A DNA stretch of 64,000 nt from Owenia fusiformis (Eukaryota). Below are positions 25,341-38,200 of this stretch, piece by piece. The first letter of the stretch is position 1; each line of letters starts with the position of its first letter. The notes under the pieces were generated by a model that worked only from the letters and a program-made list of their open reading frames with translations, was not told the DNA's origin and searched no databases. A program made the translations under genes and the position numbers. The stretch is taken from contig CAIIXF020000001.1 of NCBI GenBank assembly GCA_903813345.2, positions 39,246,001-39,310,000 on the forward strand. The letters run 5' to 3'.

Positions 25341-25742
25341 TACTGTAAATTGCTTCAATTTGGCGCTATTTAATTTGGCAGATTGGGCAAATTTTGAAAT
25401 TTTGCCTGCTTTTCAATATGCTGGATTGGGCCATCATCAGTCATATTACTCACTTCACAGCTCGCCACCAATAATGCAATTTTATCTCTCCTGGTATCAG
25501 ATTGTTTTATCTAAACCAGCGGGGACTGTGTAGGTCTTCGGAAATAGTTTAAAATTGACATTTAATCCATGATTCAGTCAAGATTTTCACCAAAATTTTA
25601 CCGTGCAAGGTAACATATGAAAAAGCCACTATATGAAAATCCCCAGGAATTTCATTTTTTTAAAATTGGCGAAGACTTAATTTGGCCATTTTTATCCATC
25701 CGCCAAATTGGAACAGCCGTCAAATTAAAGCAATTTACAGTA
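25341..25742. mobile_element. TA-flanked MITE (Tc1/mariner-like)
   Basis: tactgtaaattgcttcaatttggcg / cgtcaaattaaagcaatttacagta. Confidence 0.8.
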
Positions 25743-26248
25743 ATCCAGTGCTGTGATACATTTTCCTTGTTATGTTTTTTATTCTGATGCCTTACTCTCT
25801 AGTTCTAGGCTTTTCCACATTTAAAGCATGACAACCATGACAGTTTAGCATGGGTCAACATCTCAAACAGCACACAATGCAGCAAGCAGTGGTGGCATAA
25901 TATACTCTACGCATTTCCCACACTCGCAACTAAAACTGGTATATGCCTATCGAAAGCTCTGCTTATATTTATGCTGTACATTAACTGTATGAATCTGGAT
26001 ATACACAAATTAACTGGTCAGCCCCTAGGTAGTATAAGTGCCAGCACAAAATGATCAATCCTCAACACAGGGACGTGTCAATCTTTGTCCTGTGTCTAGG
26101 TATGAGTGTGCCATTTTTATATTCCAAATTCCTCAGATGGCATACAAAGGTAACACTGCACCTTAATGACATCAAATCTCGTTTTGTTATTCAGCAACAG
26201 TTGTGTCATAAATGTAAGTGCATTTGGCAACAGTGCTATCATGACAGC

Positions 26249-29200
26249 CTATATGATGATGCAACAACGACAGTATCTCTGCCGACCAGGGGCTACTGAA
26301 GGGGGAGGGGTGACAGGGGCGAAGTATGCATGGACCTTGATATCTGGCAAGTGACTCTGAAAAACACAAAAGGAATATGTTTTTTTACAATTTGAAATCA
26401 AAGTTGTATGAATAATAGTTGAGTAAAATTAGCATCAGTAAAATAGATGCTCATTTTTTCAAATCATGGTCCTGGGAGATTTGTCACAATTGTAACATCA
26501 CACAGCATCTCAAATATTTATATTTATTTCCTCCAGAATCATGCTGAGGAATTATGTTACATGTGGACTCACACTAAATTCTAAATATAATGGATTTCAT
26601 TTATTGCAAGACCATTCAAATGCCATTACCCTTGTTAATGTAACAATTCTTTAGAAAGTGAAACATTTTAAATAAAAAATGGACTCTTAAAACACTTTTT
26701 CATAATGCATCAACAAAGAAAATGGAAAACGTAAAATAAAGTAAAATACAATACATATTAAGTGCTTATAGAAATTCATCAACTTACTCTTAGTCTGCGT
26801 ATACCAGCCCTGGTGATCAATTGACAGTCATAGAGTTCTATTCGCTTCAGCCCCTGGCACCCCATTAAGTGTTCTAGTGATGCGTCTGTGATCAATGGAC
26901 AATTGTCCAGTTCTAAAACACTGAGACATTCTGTAGAACACGGACTGATTCCGAGATGGCGTATTCCTTCATCTGTTATTAATTCACAGTGAGAAAGGCT
27001 CTGGAATACAAATTGGACATGAGGATTTATATTGTACATATATTTGCTTTTAAATGGAACACTTTTCAAACAAAAGGTTGTTGGTTTTTTTGCAAACTTT
27101 TGATCAAGGCATTTTGTCAATATCTATTTTTTCTCTTCCTTTTTACTTTTTCTTTAAATCCCAATTTTCAAACCCAAAAATTTGGTAGGACTTCAATATA
27201 AACCAGTGGTTTAAATTTCACGAGATGCCTTCAAATATTTGGAAGAATTATCGTTTATTTGACATCATCATGATCCAAATTAATATTAATAAAAAAATTC
27301 TTGAAATTTGCCTGATGGAGAAAAATTTTCTTTGGATATTAGTTTTGCCTCAATTTTTTGAGTGTACCTCAACTATATTTGGATCCTAGCTACACCCCTG
27401 GATATTTTGTTTGAAAACAGGAATCCATTGATGGCTAAAGGGCAGGGTCTACTGAGATAATGGACCCCTGTAAGACCCCATCAGTGTTTTTCCAGTCACA
27501 ATATGTTATCATGCAGGAAGACAGAGAGGCTCACAACATCGATCTCAGTATTGAGCAGACAAATTTATGTAATGTGAAGAAAAAACAGTTTGTTCCATGA
27601 ATTTCAGGACAACCTGTATGTCGCAAACAACTAAAAATGACCAAAAGCTGGCATTTCATGATTTTCATGACATGAACCAGATGGAACTACAAGTATGAAA
27701 CAGTAAAAATAATATTTGTTTACATGTACTTAAAAATAATAAAGACGAGTAACTGTATGAAATGATAGAACCATGCGCTACTCACCAATTTATTTATTTT
27801 ATGACAGTTTAGGGCTAAATGCACAAGAGTTGCATCAGTGATCTGAAAGCACATGTGGCGAGATAATGGACATGACGTGACATGGCGTGACACATCTAAA
27901 GCCAACTAGAAGTCGGACAACAGTGCACATCACAAGATAGACACACATACTACCAGGGTATTCCAGTCATTTCGTTGCGATTCGATTAGTACTATTTTGA
28001 TTTTGGTTTTGCTTAATTTATTTTTTCTAATATTTTCCATGGCGCGGGTTTGGAGACAAGGAGGGAATATTACATGGTCATAGTTCACATGCATTTCTTA
28101 GAAGACAAATGTGAAATAGAAATGTCTAATAAATAGCATGCATCAAATTCAAGGGATAACAAAAAACAGCAGAAATAATATAAAGTTGCTTATTGCTGAG
28201 TGACATCCAACTAAGAGGAAAAGTCACAAGAAAAAAAGCAAAAAAAGCTATTTACATCTCATTTTTATGTTCTATCTGCCAAGATACTTTAAGATTTATA
28301 GAGAAACAGACTGAAACAGATATGACCAGATTTAATCCTTTTGAGATGTCTATGCTCCCCAGCATGACCTATGTGGATCACCCTGGTAGTATGAAGTCCA
28401 TTCCCATGGTAACTCCTGAGACCCTATCTTACCAATTGGCTTAAATTATGACAATAATTGGCTAAATGGGCTAAACTGGCATCGGTTATCTGAAAATATT
28501 ATCAGAAATGTGCAATTTTTAAACAATAATAGATTTAAGGTTTCCAGCTATGGAATAAAATGTATATTAATTTGAATGATATTGTTATGATTCAATATTA
28601 AAGATATCTCATCGGACATTACATTTATACATTATAATTATGTTAAAAAAAAAAAAAAATTATGTTATGTGGATAAAAGATGATTGCTTTTAGCAGCCAT
28701 ATCAAGGTAGCAAATTGGGGATGGACGAAGAATATTAATTAAAATTCTTACTAGCACACATTCTTCGAGATCCATTCTTTCCAAAACATGACAATTCTGA
28801 AACAAATAAACTGATGTGTTAAAGCCTTTAAGTTTCTAACTTTAGTCAATTGTGTTCAATTTGCGATATAACAAGAGAACAATCCATTTATAAAATCCAA
28901 TCTTTTAGCAAAGTTTACGAATTGCAAACTAATTAGGCCATCAGCCTGGGGGGTTGGTCGGTATCAAATTAGGGGAATAATCGCCATAGTGATTTTTGGG
29001 AAGGTTAAGACCTCTAGAGTGAGAAAATATGTGATAGCATTGTAACAGTTGTAGCTAAATGGGTGTTATCACCCATTTTTCAAAATGGCCGCCGGTGCAC
29101 ATGTCACAATATAAGAGTAGGTATATCTAAGCACACTGAGATGCAAAAACTGTGATTTTAGGACCTATCGGTTTTAGGGGTCAAGGATTTCATTTATGTC

Positions 29201-32200
29201 TAAATCTAAGTCATCAAACAATTGTTTCTTATAGAAATCCAAGATGGCCACCAAAATGGGTGCAAAAATGAATATGTAACTACTGTTAATGCTCAAGAAA
29301 CACTTAAGAACATGATTTTGGAGCCCATGTCTACGTTTTAGGGGACAAGGATTTGATTCATGTCTAAATCTGAGTCATCAAATAATTACTTTTCATAGAA
29401 ATCCAAGATGGCCACCAAAGTGGATGCCAAATCGAATATGTAACTATTGATTTAAGCTCAAAGAACAGTTAAGAACAGTGATTTTGGAGACCATATCTAG
29501 GTTTTAAGGGTCAAGGATTTGACTTATGTCTAAATCTAAGTCATCAAACAATTACTTTTAATAAAAATTCCAAGATGGCCACCAAAAAAATGGGTGCCAA
29601 AATGAATATTCAACTATCAGGGTTCTCACTTTTAGACTTTGGAGATTCTCCGGAGTCTAATGTCTTAAAACCCTCTTGCTCCAGAGTATAAAAGCTTTTC
29701 CGGAGTCTAAAGTGTTTTTTCGGAGTCTAATTTTACATTTTTGTCACATTATTTACGGTAAAACTCTTGAGAAAATACATAAAACTCGATACACACAAGG
29801 AAAAGGAAGTCAGAAACCTTTTAGAAATAAATATTGGGATTAAATAGCATGATAATCTTAAGAAGTATGTTTAAAAGAATACTAATAGGATATCTCTGAT
29901 CTCACATGGGGGAGAAGTAGTCGCGATACCGCAAAAAAAGTAGTCACATTACCGCTAAAAATCCGGGGTCTAAAAATTTCCTGATGAGAACCCTGACTAA
30001 TGATTTAAGCTCAAAGAACAGTTAAGAACAGTGATTTTGGAGCACATGTCTGCTGATTTTATTTATGTCTAAATCTAAGTCATCAAACAATTACTTTATA
30101 TAGAAAACCAAGATGGCCACTAAAATGGGTGCCAAAATGAATATTTAACTGATTGATTTAAGCTCAAAGATCAGTTGAGAACAGTGATTTTGGAGACAAT
30201 GTCTAGGTCTTGGGGGTGAAGGGTTTCATTTATGTCTAAATCCGAGTCAACAAAATAATTGCTTTTCATAGAAATCCAAGATGGTCACCAAAATGGGTGC
30301 CTGCAATAACAAGCAAATGTTGATTTAAGCTCAAAGAAGTTTATAACAGTAATTTGAGACCATGTCAAGATTTTTGGCGTCAAGAATTTCAGTTACGTCT
30401 AAAACTATAAATAATTCCTTTATTTGGATCCAAGATGACTTCCAACATTGCTGCCGAAGTGAAAATAAGATTTATCATCTAAACATATAGTCTAAGGAGT
30501 TAGAACATTAATTTTTGATATTTTAAGTTTGTGTGGTCAATGATTTTAATTTTGTCTTTAATAAATCAACAAACATTTTATTGATCCAAAATGGCTGCCA
30601 AAATGAATTCATATAACTATCCAGTTAACCACATAGATCACCAACAAGAACAATAATTTTGGAAGCAATGTTTACTTTAAGGAGGTCAAGAATTTCAGTT
30701 ATATAGAGCTATGCCATGAAACAATGTGTGATTAATATCAGAATTCAAGATCGGATGCCAAAGTGTTAATATTATAAAAGGTCAAATAAGAAAAAACAAT
30801 TACATGAACATTTGCGTAATAAAATCTAAGGTATGATCATCACATTAGCAATGTTACTGTAATTTGCCTTCCTTTTCCTAAGTTTTGTGGTGGCTCCTTA
30901 TCATAAACATTGACTATAGAAAGAATTCGACTGCCTATAGGACGAAGTAGATTATTGGATGGAGAACATCCAGCACAAAAAATTCCTCAAATACAAGTGT
31001 ATCATACACCAGAAAGAGTTTGATGAAAATAAACATTTTAATCAGTCCTCAAAATCGTGACTCTGCAGCCATTTTGGTGGCCATCTTGGATATCAAAATA
31101 AAGGAATGACTTAATTATAGACAAAATTGAAATTCTTGACCCTTAAAACCAAGACATGATCTCCAAAATCACTGTTCTTTGAGCTTAAATCAATAGTTAC
31201 ATATTCATTTCAGCACCCATTTTGGTGGCCATCTTGGATTTCTATAAAAAGTAATTATTTGATTACTTATAGATTTAGACATAAATGAAATCCTTGGCCC
31301 CTACAAAATAGACAGAGTCTCCAAAATTACTGTTCTTAACTGTTCTTTTAGCTTAAATCAATAGTTACATATTCATTTTGGCATTCATTTTGGTGGCCAT
31401 CTTGGAATTCTATAAAAGTAATTGTTTGATGACTTAGATTTAGACATTAAAACCAATGAAATGATCTCCAAAATCACTGTTCTTTGAGCTTAAATCAATA
31501 GTTACATATTCGTTTTGGCACCCATTTTGGCGGCCATCTTGTATTTCTATGAAAAGGTAATTATTTGATGACTCTGATTTAGACATAAATGAAGTGCTTG
31601 ACACTAGAACTATGACATGATCTCCAAAATCACTGTTCTTGACTGTTCTTCGAGCTTAAATCAATGGTTACATAAGGGTATTTATTTTGGCACCCATTTT
31701 GGTGGCCATCTTAGATTTCTATAAGAAGTAATTGCTTGATGACTTAGATTTTGGCATAAATGAAATCCTTGACCCCTAAAACCTTAACATAGACCCTAAA
31801 ATCACAGTTTCTGCATCTCAGTGTGCTTAGATATACTCACTCTTATATTGTAACATGTGCACCGGCGGCCATTTTGAAAAATGGGTGATAACACCCATTT
31901 AGCTACAATTGTTGCAATGCTATCACATAGTTTCTTACTCTAGAGGTCTTAACCTTCCCAAAAATCACTATGGCGATTATTCCCCTGATTTGATACCGAT
32001 AACCTAAATTTTGGGGTGAAGCTGATGGCCTAAATGCAAAATACAGCTCTACCTAATATAATAAAGAAAACTTTAATACCGTACAGTTCAAATTGAAACC
32101 CTGTATTACAATTAGTCAATCATACCAACCTCTGACTACTACATATGATTTTACAATTAGATGGTGATACTTATCTTAATGATCTCAAATGTTAAGTGAC

Positions 32201-35200
32201 CTTTTAAGGGAGTTTGAATGTGAAAGAACTCTCAGAATAAACTATTTGGAATTTAATGGAATGATTCTTTGACTACATATTCTGATTGAAAAATGGCTTC
32301 TTGGTCAAAGAACTCACTCTAATTGAAAGAACCATTTCTTATTTAAAGAGTGTAAACTGAATTGATCTTTTGTGAAGGGTATACATATAGATGACTCACT
32401 CTCGCTAAAGCTTGGAAGCCGCTATCAGTAAACTGTGAACATCCTGCAACCTCTAAAGTTCTGAAATAATATTGTAGCATGTTATAATACATTTTAGCAG
32501 AACAGGTTGAAATAAGAAACAATTGTAACATGTCACAATACATTATAGCAGAACAGCTTGAAATGTGAAACAATTGTAACATGTCACAATACATTATAGC
32601 AGAACAGCTTGAAATGTGAAACAATTGTAACATGTCACAATACATTATAGCAAAACAGCTTGAAATGAGAAACAATTAAATTGTAACATGTCTCAATGCA
32701 TTATAGCACAACAGCTTGAAATGTGAAACAATGTGACAAGTCACAAGTATTTTATATCTTAGCCTGGCATACTTAGCTTGCCTGAGAATATATTGTTGCT
32801 TGAGTAATTCAATTTCAGTATTTTTAAATGCAATAATTTGTGTCTACTACAAAAAAATGAGAAATGGTTGTGACATGGAAACTGTCACAGGATATTGAGT
32901 ATTCCATACTTTAGTTCATGACATCCATGGCCCAGAGATACAAGTGAGCCATCAGTGAGATGACTACAACCCATGACACACAGTGACTGCAGCTGGTGAC
33001 AGTGTTCCCCTATACTGTGCAGTGCCTCATCTGTCATTGACTGAAACACAAAACTTGAATTATTGACCTTTCCAAAGGTTGAAAGCTTAAATTCAAAGCA
33101 ATTAAATGAACATTTTTTGACATATTATGTTTGTGTTCCTGAATATATTTAATAGGCATTTTCTCACAAACCATTGTTTTTGAAATATATATTCATAATA
33201 AGGGATGATGTCCAATTATCAATAGGAAAGGGATAAATGATGATTTCTTGAGTAAAGACTTGATTTTTTTAATATTCAGGTGAAAGACAAATCAACATTT
33301 TAAAATTTATTTATATCAGGGCTGGAGCAAACCATAACGAAATTAACTTTTTCCACAACTGTTGATAAGTGAACATCATCCCTAACTTACATTGCAACTA
33401 TGTAGGTTTAATGTTGAGAGTTTGGGGCAATTCTCAGCCACATGTATGATCCCCTCATCTGTGATCTGCAAATAGAATTCATTTCTTTTTATCTATCAAA
33501 TAAATAATGAAATGAAATAGACAAAAAGTAGAGAATAATTATGGTATGTGAAATTCTTATATGATTTGTGATGTCACACTTACTAGAACGATTGATTTAC
33601 TGGTCCATGATGAAGTATGTATGACCACTTAATTTCATGAATACAAATAAAGTTGATTTTCTGATTTGTTTATCGCATTAGAATCATCCAAAGACCTCGA
33701 TTCTATGATTTCTGGCAAGTATATAACCATAGTGCCCATTGCCAAAGACCTCATAAATCATAGAGCCCTGTTCTTTATTCCTTAAAAGTATTTATTTAAT
33801 GACAAATGTCTGTTAATTAAATATGAATCATGTGTTACAGCAGTGGGTTCCCTGATGACCCTAGTGCTCCAAAAGTAATCAATGATTTCAATGACTTTCA
33901 AGACTCTTAATTAGAACCTACCTTGAATTATTATCTGAGAATGATGTACATATCTAATTGATTCAGCAAGCTCATAATTTGCACAGGTGCTTAAGATTGA
34001 AAGTGAAATGAAAATAACTGTGGCTATACATACAGTAATTAGGTGTTTTATTGATTTTATACAATCTACCATATCCTCTGTAATAAGGGCCCACCTCCAA
34101 ATAAGCGCCCACCCAAAAGTTCAAAGAGTATTGAGGTATGACCAAACATTGACAAATATATGAAAAAAGATCCCTGGTCAAAAACTAAGGAGAATACGGT
34201 AACTTAAGAAAAAATATATTGGTGCATAATATTTGACTGAAAAAACATGACAAACCTGCTGACATCCTTTACATATGAATACTTTTATTTTGCGACATCC
34301 TTTTGCCAATGCCTCTACCCCCTCATCAGAAATAAGTCGACACCACGATATGTTAACTGTCTCTAGGTTGGGGCACCCTGACCTGAAAATGGAAAATAAT
34401 GGTGCTTAATGCAAACAGCAGCATGTTGTATTGAGGGCCTAATGCAAACAGCAGCATGTTGTATTGAATGCTTAATGCAAACAGCAACATGTTGTATTGA
34501 GGGCTTAATGCGAACAACAGCATGTTGTATTGAGGGCTTAATGCAAACAACAGCATGTTGTATTGAGGGCTTAATGCAAACAGCAGCATGTTGTATTGAT
34601 GGCTCAATGCAAACAGCAGCATGTTGTATTGAGGGCTTAATGCAAACAGCAGCATGTTGTATTGAGGGCTTAATGCAAACAGCAAAATGTTGTATTGAGG
34701 GCTTAATGCAAACAGCAGCATGTTGTATTGAGGGCTTAATGCAAACAGCAGCATGTTGTATTGAGGGAACCCTTTTTAAGAGGTTTAGACAATAATGACT
34801 ACTAGCAATTATTGAAAACAATCTGAAAAAAACATCTGTAATGGTCACGGATTGACAAAAATTTAATGTGAAAATTATTTATAAATATTTTATATCAGTT
34901 GTTTGAGTTAACAAATTTTTGTTTTTAGTGCAATTGTTTCTGAACCGGGGATCTAATATGAGACATATAGCGCAATTGGTACACGCTACCACTGAACTAC
35001 ACGGGTGGGCTTGATTCACTTTTCACTGATCTGATACAGCACACACTTGAAATTTAATTTTGCACCCACTTGAAAATGAGAAAAATCAAAATTGGTTAGA
35101 ATTTTACACCCACTGAGGAAAAATCCTGAGAGAAACGCTGCATTTGCATACTATATTTACGCCTCACGCGCTTGCGAGATCTGAGTTTCATTTATGCAGC

Positions 35201-38200
35201 TTATCTAATGCATGATAAGTACAAGAACAAATTGGGAACACATAATCTCATGGTTGACAGAGCAAGCATGACTACATTAATTCTTTATTGGCTATCAATT
35301 CACCCTGTTGCTACATGACATCCTTTATTTCCCTTTCATTAGACCATAGTATGGCAATCAAATCCAGCCATTTATCTATACAGCAGTTAAGTGCTTCAAC
35401 ATAATTCTGCAACAGGCCATTAGACACTGTATGGTTCTACCCTGTTTAGTAAACAAAGTGTTATAGCTTAATAAAGTTAAACCTTATTTATCACTGTTGT
35501 GATTAAATGTTAACCCTTATTTGGTCGTTCCGAGGATGTAAAAGAACTTACCACTAATGCGATTCAATATAAACCCATATATGGTAATTTGGAGGATGTA
35601 AAACAACCTACCCTATAGCTTGCATGGAATCGTCAGATAGAGATGAACATGATCCAACATCAAGGGTTAGAAGTCTACTGCAGTAGCGACCAAGACTAGC
35701 ACATGTCCTGCAAAATGAACATATAACTTATTTTTAGTCAGATGTTTTATTTTATAGATTGATATGAATAGTAGTAAAATAGTATGGTCTCTGTGTTGAA
35801 GCGCCGAGTTATTTCTGACCAGACGGACCTAACCATCATTCACAGACTGTAATAATATTACCTCTATTAATTTCTGCTCTTGGAGCCTGGGGTCTCCCTA
35901 CCTAACGATATGTATATAATGTGTAAGGTAATAAAAAATGACCTATAAAGAACTAATGTTTACATACATATTCATGTAAGTTCTAACATTGGTCAAATGT
36001 TGTGTAATCCAATTCAAATGATTGCGAAGTAAATTGTAAAATAAATGTATTGTAATTAAGTAAAACAACAGATCGGAAAAACTAAAATATGGTAACATGA
36101 CATTCATTTTTGCATAAGTACTGGGAATGGGAATTAAGATTTAATGCAATAGTAACCCTGTGGATGTAGATACTGCATAATAAATCAGAGACTTTCTAGA
36201 GGAATATTATCTTTTACATATTTTTTGTATTGTAGTCATTTTGACCTGGAGTCTATGTCTCGTCTCTCTTTTAGTTCGCAATAATGGTCATGTGACTATT
36301 GGCTAGCCTTTGCGTCTTTACAAGGTATTATTGGTAACAGGATTAGAAAATGAATCTTTAAAATAATGCATCTCCATTAGAAATCTGTCACATGAACAAA
36401 TTGATATGGAAAGTACACCATCCGTAATGCCGTCTACAAAGTGGAATGAAGAGTTGAGAGTAAGATTGCTTAATGAATGAACGAAAATAATAGACAAAAT
36501 ATTTAGTCCTGCTCTCTAGTCTTGTCAGAACACCACATGCAAAATCATCTTCTAGTGACCCAATCTCTGAGCAATTCATTCAGTGCGATTGTGTCTTCTT
36601 TCTTGCAGATGTTTAAATCACAGGGGTTTTAAGCTAGTTAATTAAAATAACACTAAATATTGTCATGTAAAAGTAAAATACAATGTTGCTTGTTAAGAAA
36701 TGTTTATGTTAAAAACAGCAAGAAATTTTGCAAAAATTAAACTTTTCAAGGCAATCAAATGATGACTTCCTGGCTAGCCTGGGATTTTCAAGAATAGATT
36801 AATTTTGGCAGAAAAAATAAGTCATGGTGAGACTTGAAAAACCTCACCAGGTTTAGAACTACTTTATACACTTCTGACAATTTCCAAAGTATGCAGACAA
36901 AGATTTAAGCATTTTCTTTCGAAATAATTTGCAGAATGTGTGGAAATTCAGAAATGATTCTTAACAATAGAAGGACTTTAACAACTGAACATTTGAAGTT
37001 GACACTAAAATGATTTCAAGAAATTACATTGCCACAAGTTGAAACTGTAAAAATTTAATTGTTCTTTATTACTACCTTCCCCTGTTTAACACCACAAATG
37101 ACATTTTCAATTTATCCATTGTGACTTTTCCATTAGACCGTCTTTACTGTATCTGTATAGCATTGACAAAAACAGTATATCCTTATTATAAAATATCTTG
37201 TCGTAAGTAAATATATCAGAATAGAATATTAATAGGCCACAAGAAATTAGATCAGGCTGTGTCTCTAAATGGTTTGTTATCACTAAGAATGTGGTAAATA
37301 CTTATATTAAGTTGTATATAATACAGATGAGCAAAAAACATATCCTCCCTAACTGTGTGAAAAATCCTTGAGTACAATCTTTGCTATTTCTGAATACATG
37401 AACATAAAGAGAAAATGACAAATATTACCATTAAGATATGTTAAATATTTATGACATGACAAATATTACCATTTGAATATATAAAAGCGATATCAATGGC
37501 TGATCTTAAACTCAAGACAAGAAACACAGTTTTTCCTGGCCTCAGACTGACTAATATTTGTAGTATTGGAGAATTAATGTGCTATAGGGAATCTCAGAAA
37601 GCAAGCCAGTTAATAAAAATAACTTACACATCAGTTATCTGCTTACAACCATTCAGGTTCAATGTTTCAATGTTCCGACATTGTTGGGCGAAAACTCTGC
37701 AAAAAAAACTCATTATCAAAGAACAACAAATGAATATGTCATCATACTCATATTATTATTCATTTATCAGTACAAATTAAGCATTTCTTGGGTAAATCAA
37801 AAGCTCACTGCTTTCTTAACCCAATGAAAACATTTAGACATGTGACATAAACATGCAAAATGCCACCATATACCAACCATCAAACACTATCCACAAAAAG
37901 TTGGAGACTATACCAATTTGTCACCACTTCTGGTGGTGACATTAAAAGAGCTAAAGACAATTGGATTGCATCAAGTTCCTGCACCCACCCACCCACATTC
38001 TCTCTCCATCATTAGCCAAAGTGGGGTGTAGTAGTAAAGGGGTATGAAGCAAAGCTACAATTTATCATTATGGAATTTCACAATTAATTAACCACAATAT
38101 TCATCCAATATGGCTGTCTGGATATTTCAACATTCACGAACTGTAACAATATGGGACTCTAGAATTCGGGGCTTAGTGTCTATTTCTAATCCTAAAATAC

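Noticed and set aside
34353..34848. Three ORFs with 11-aa periodicity
   Set aside because: Products of the 33-bp intronic minisatellite.
36388..36579. Possible alternative FBXL20 LRR exon
   Set aside because: No LRR pattern, and the neighbouring exons already join in frame.
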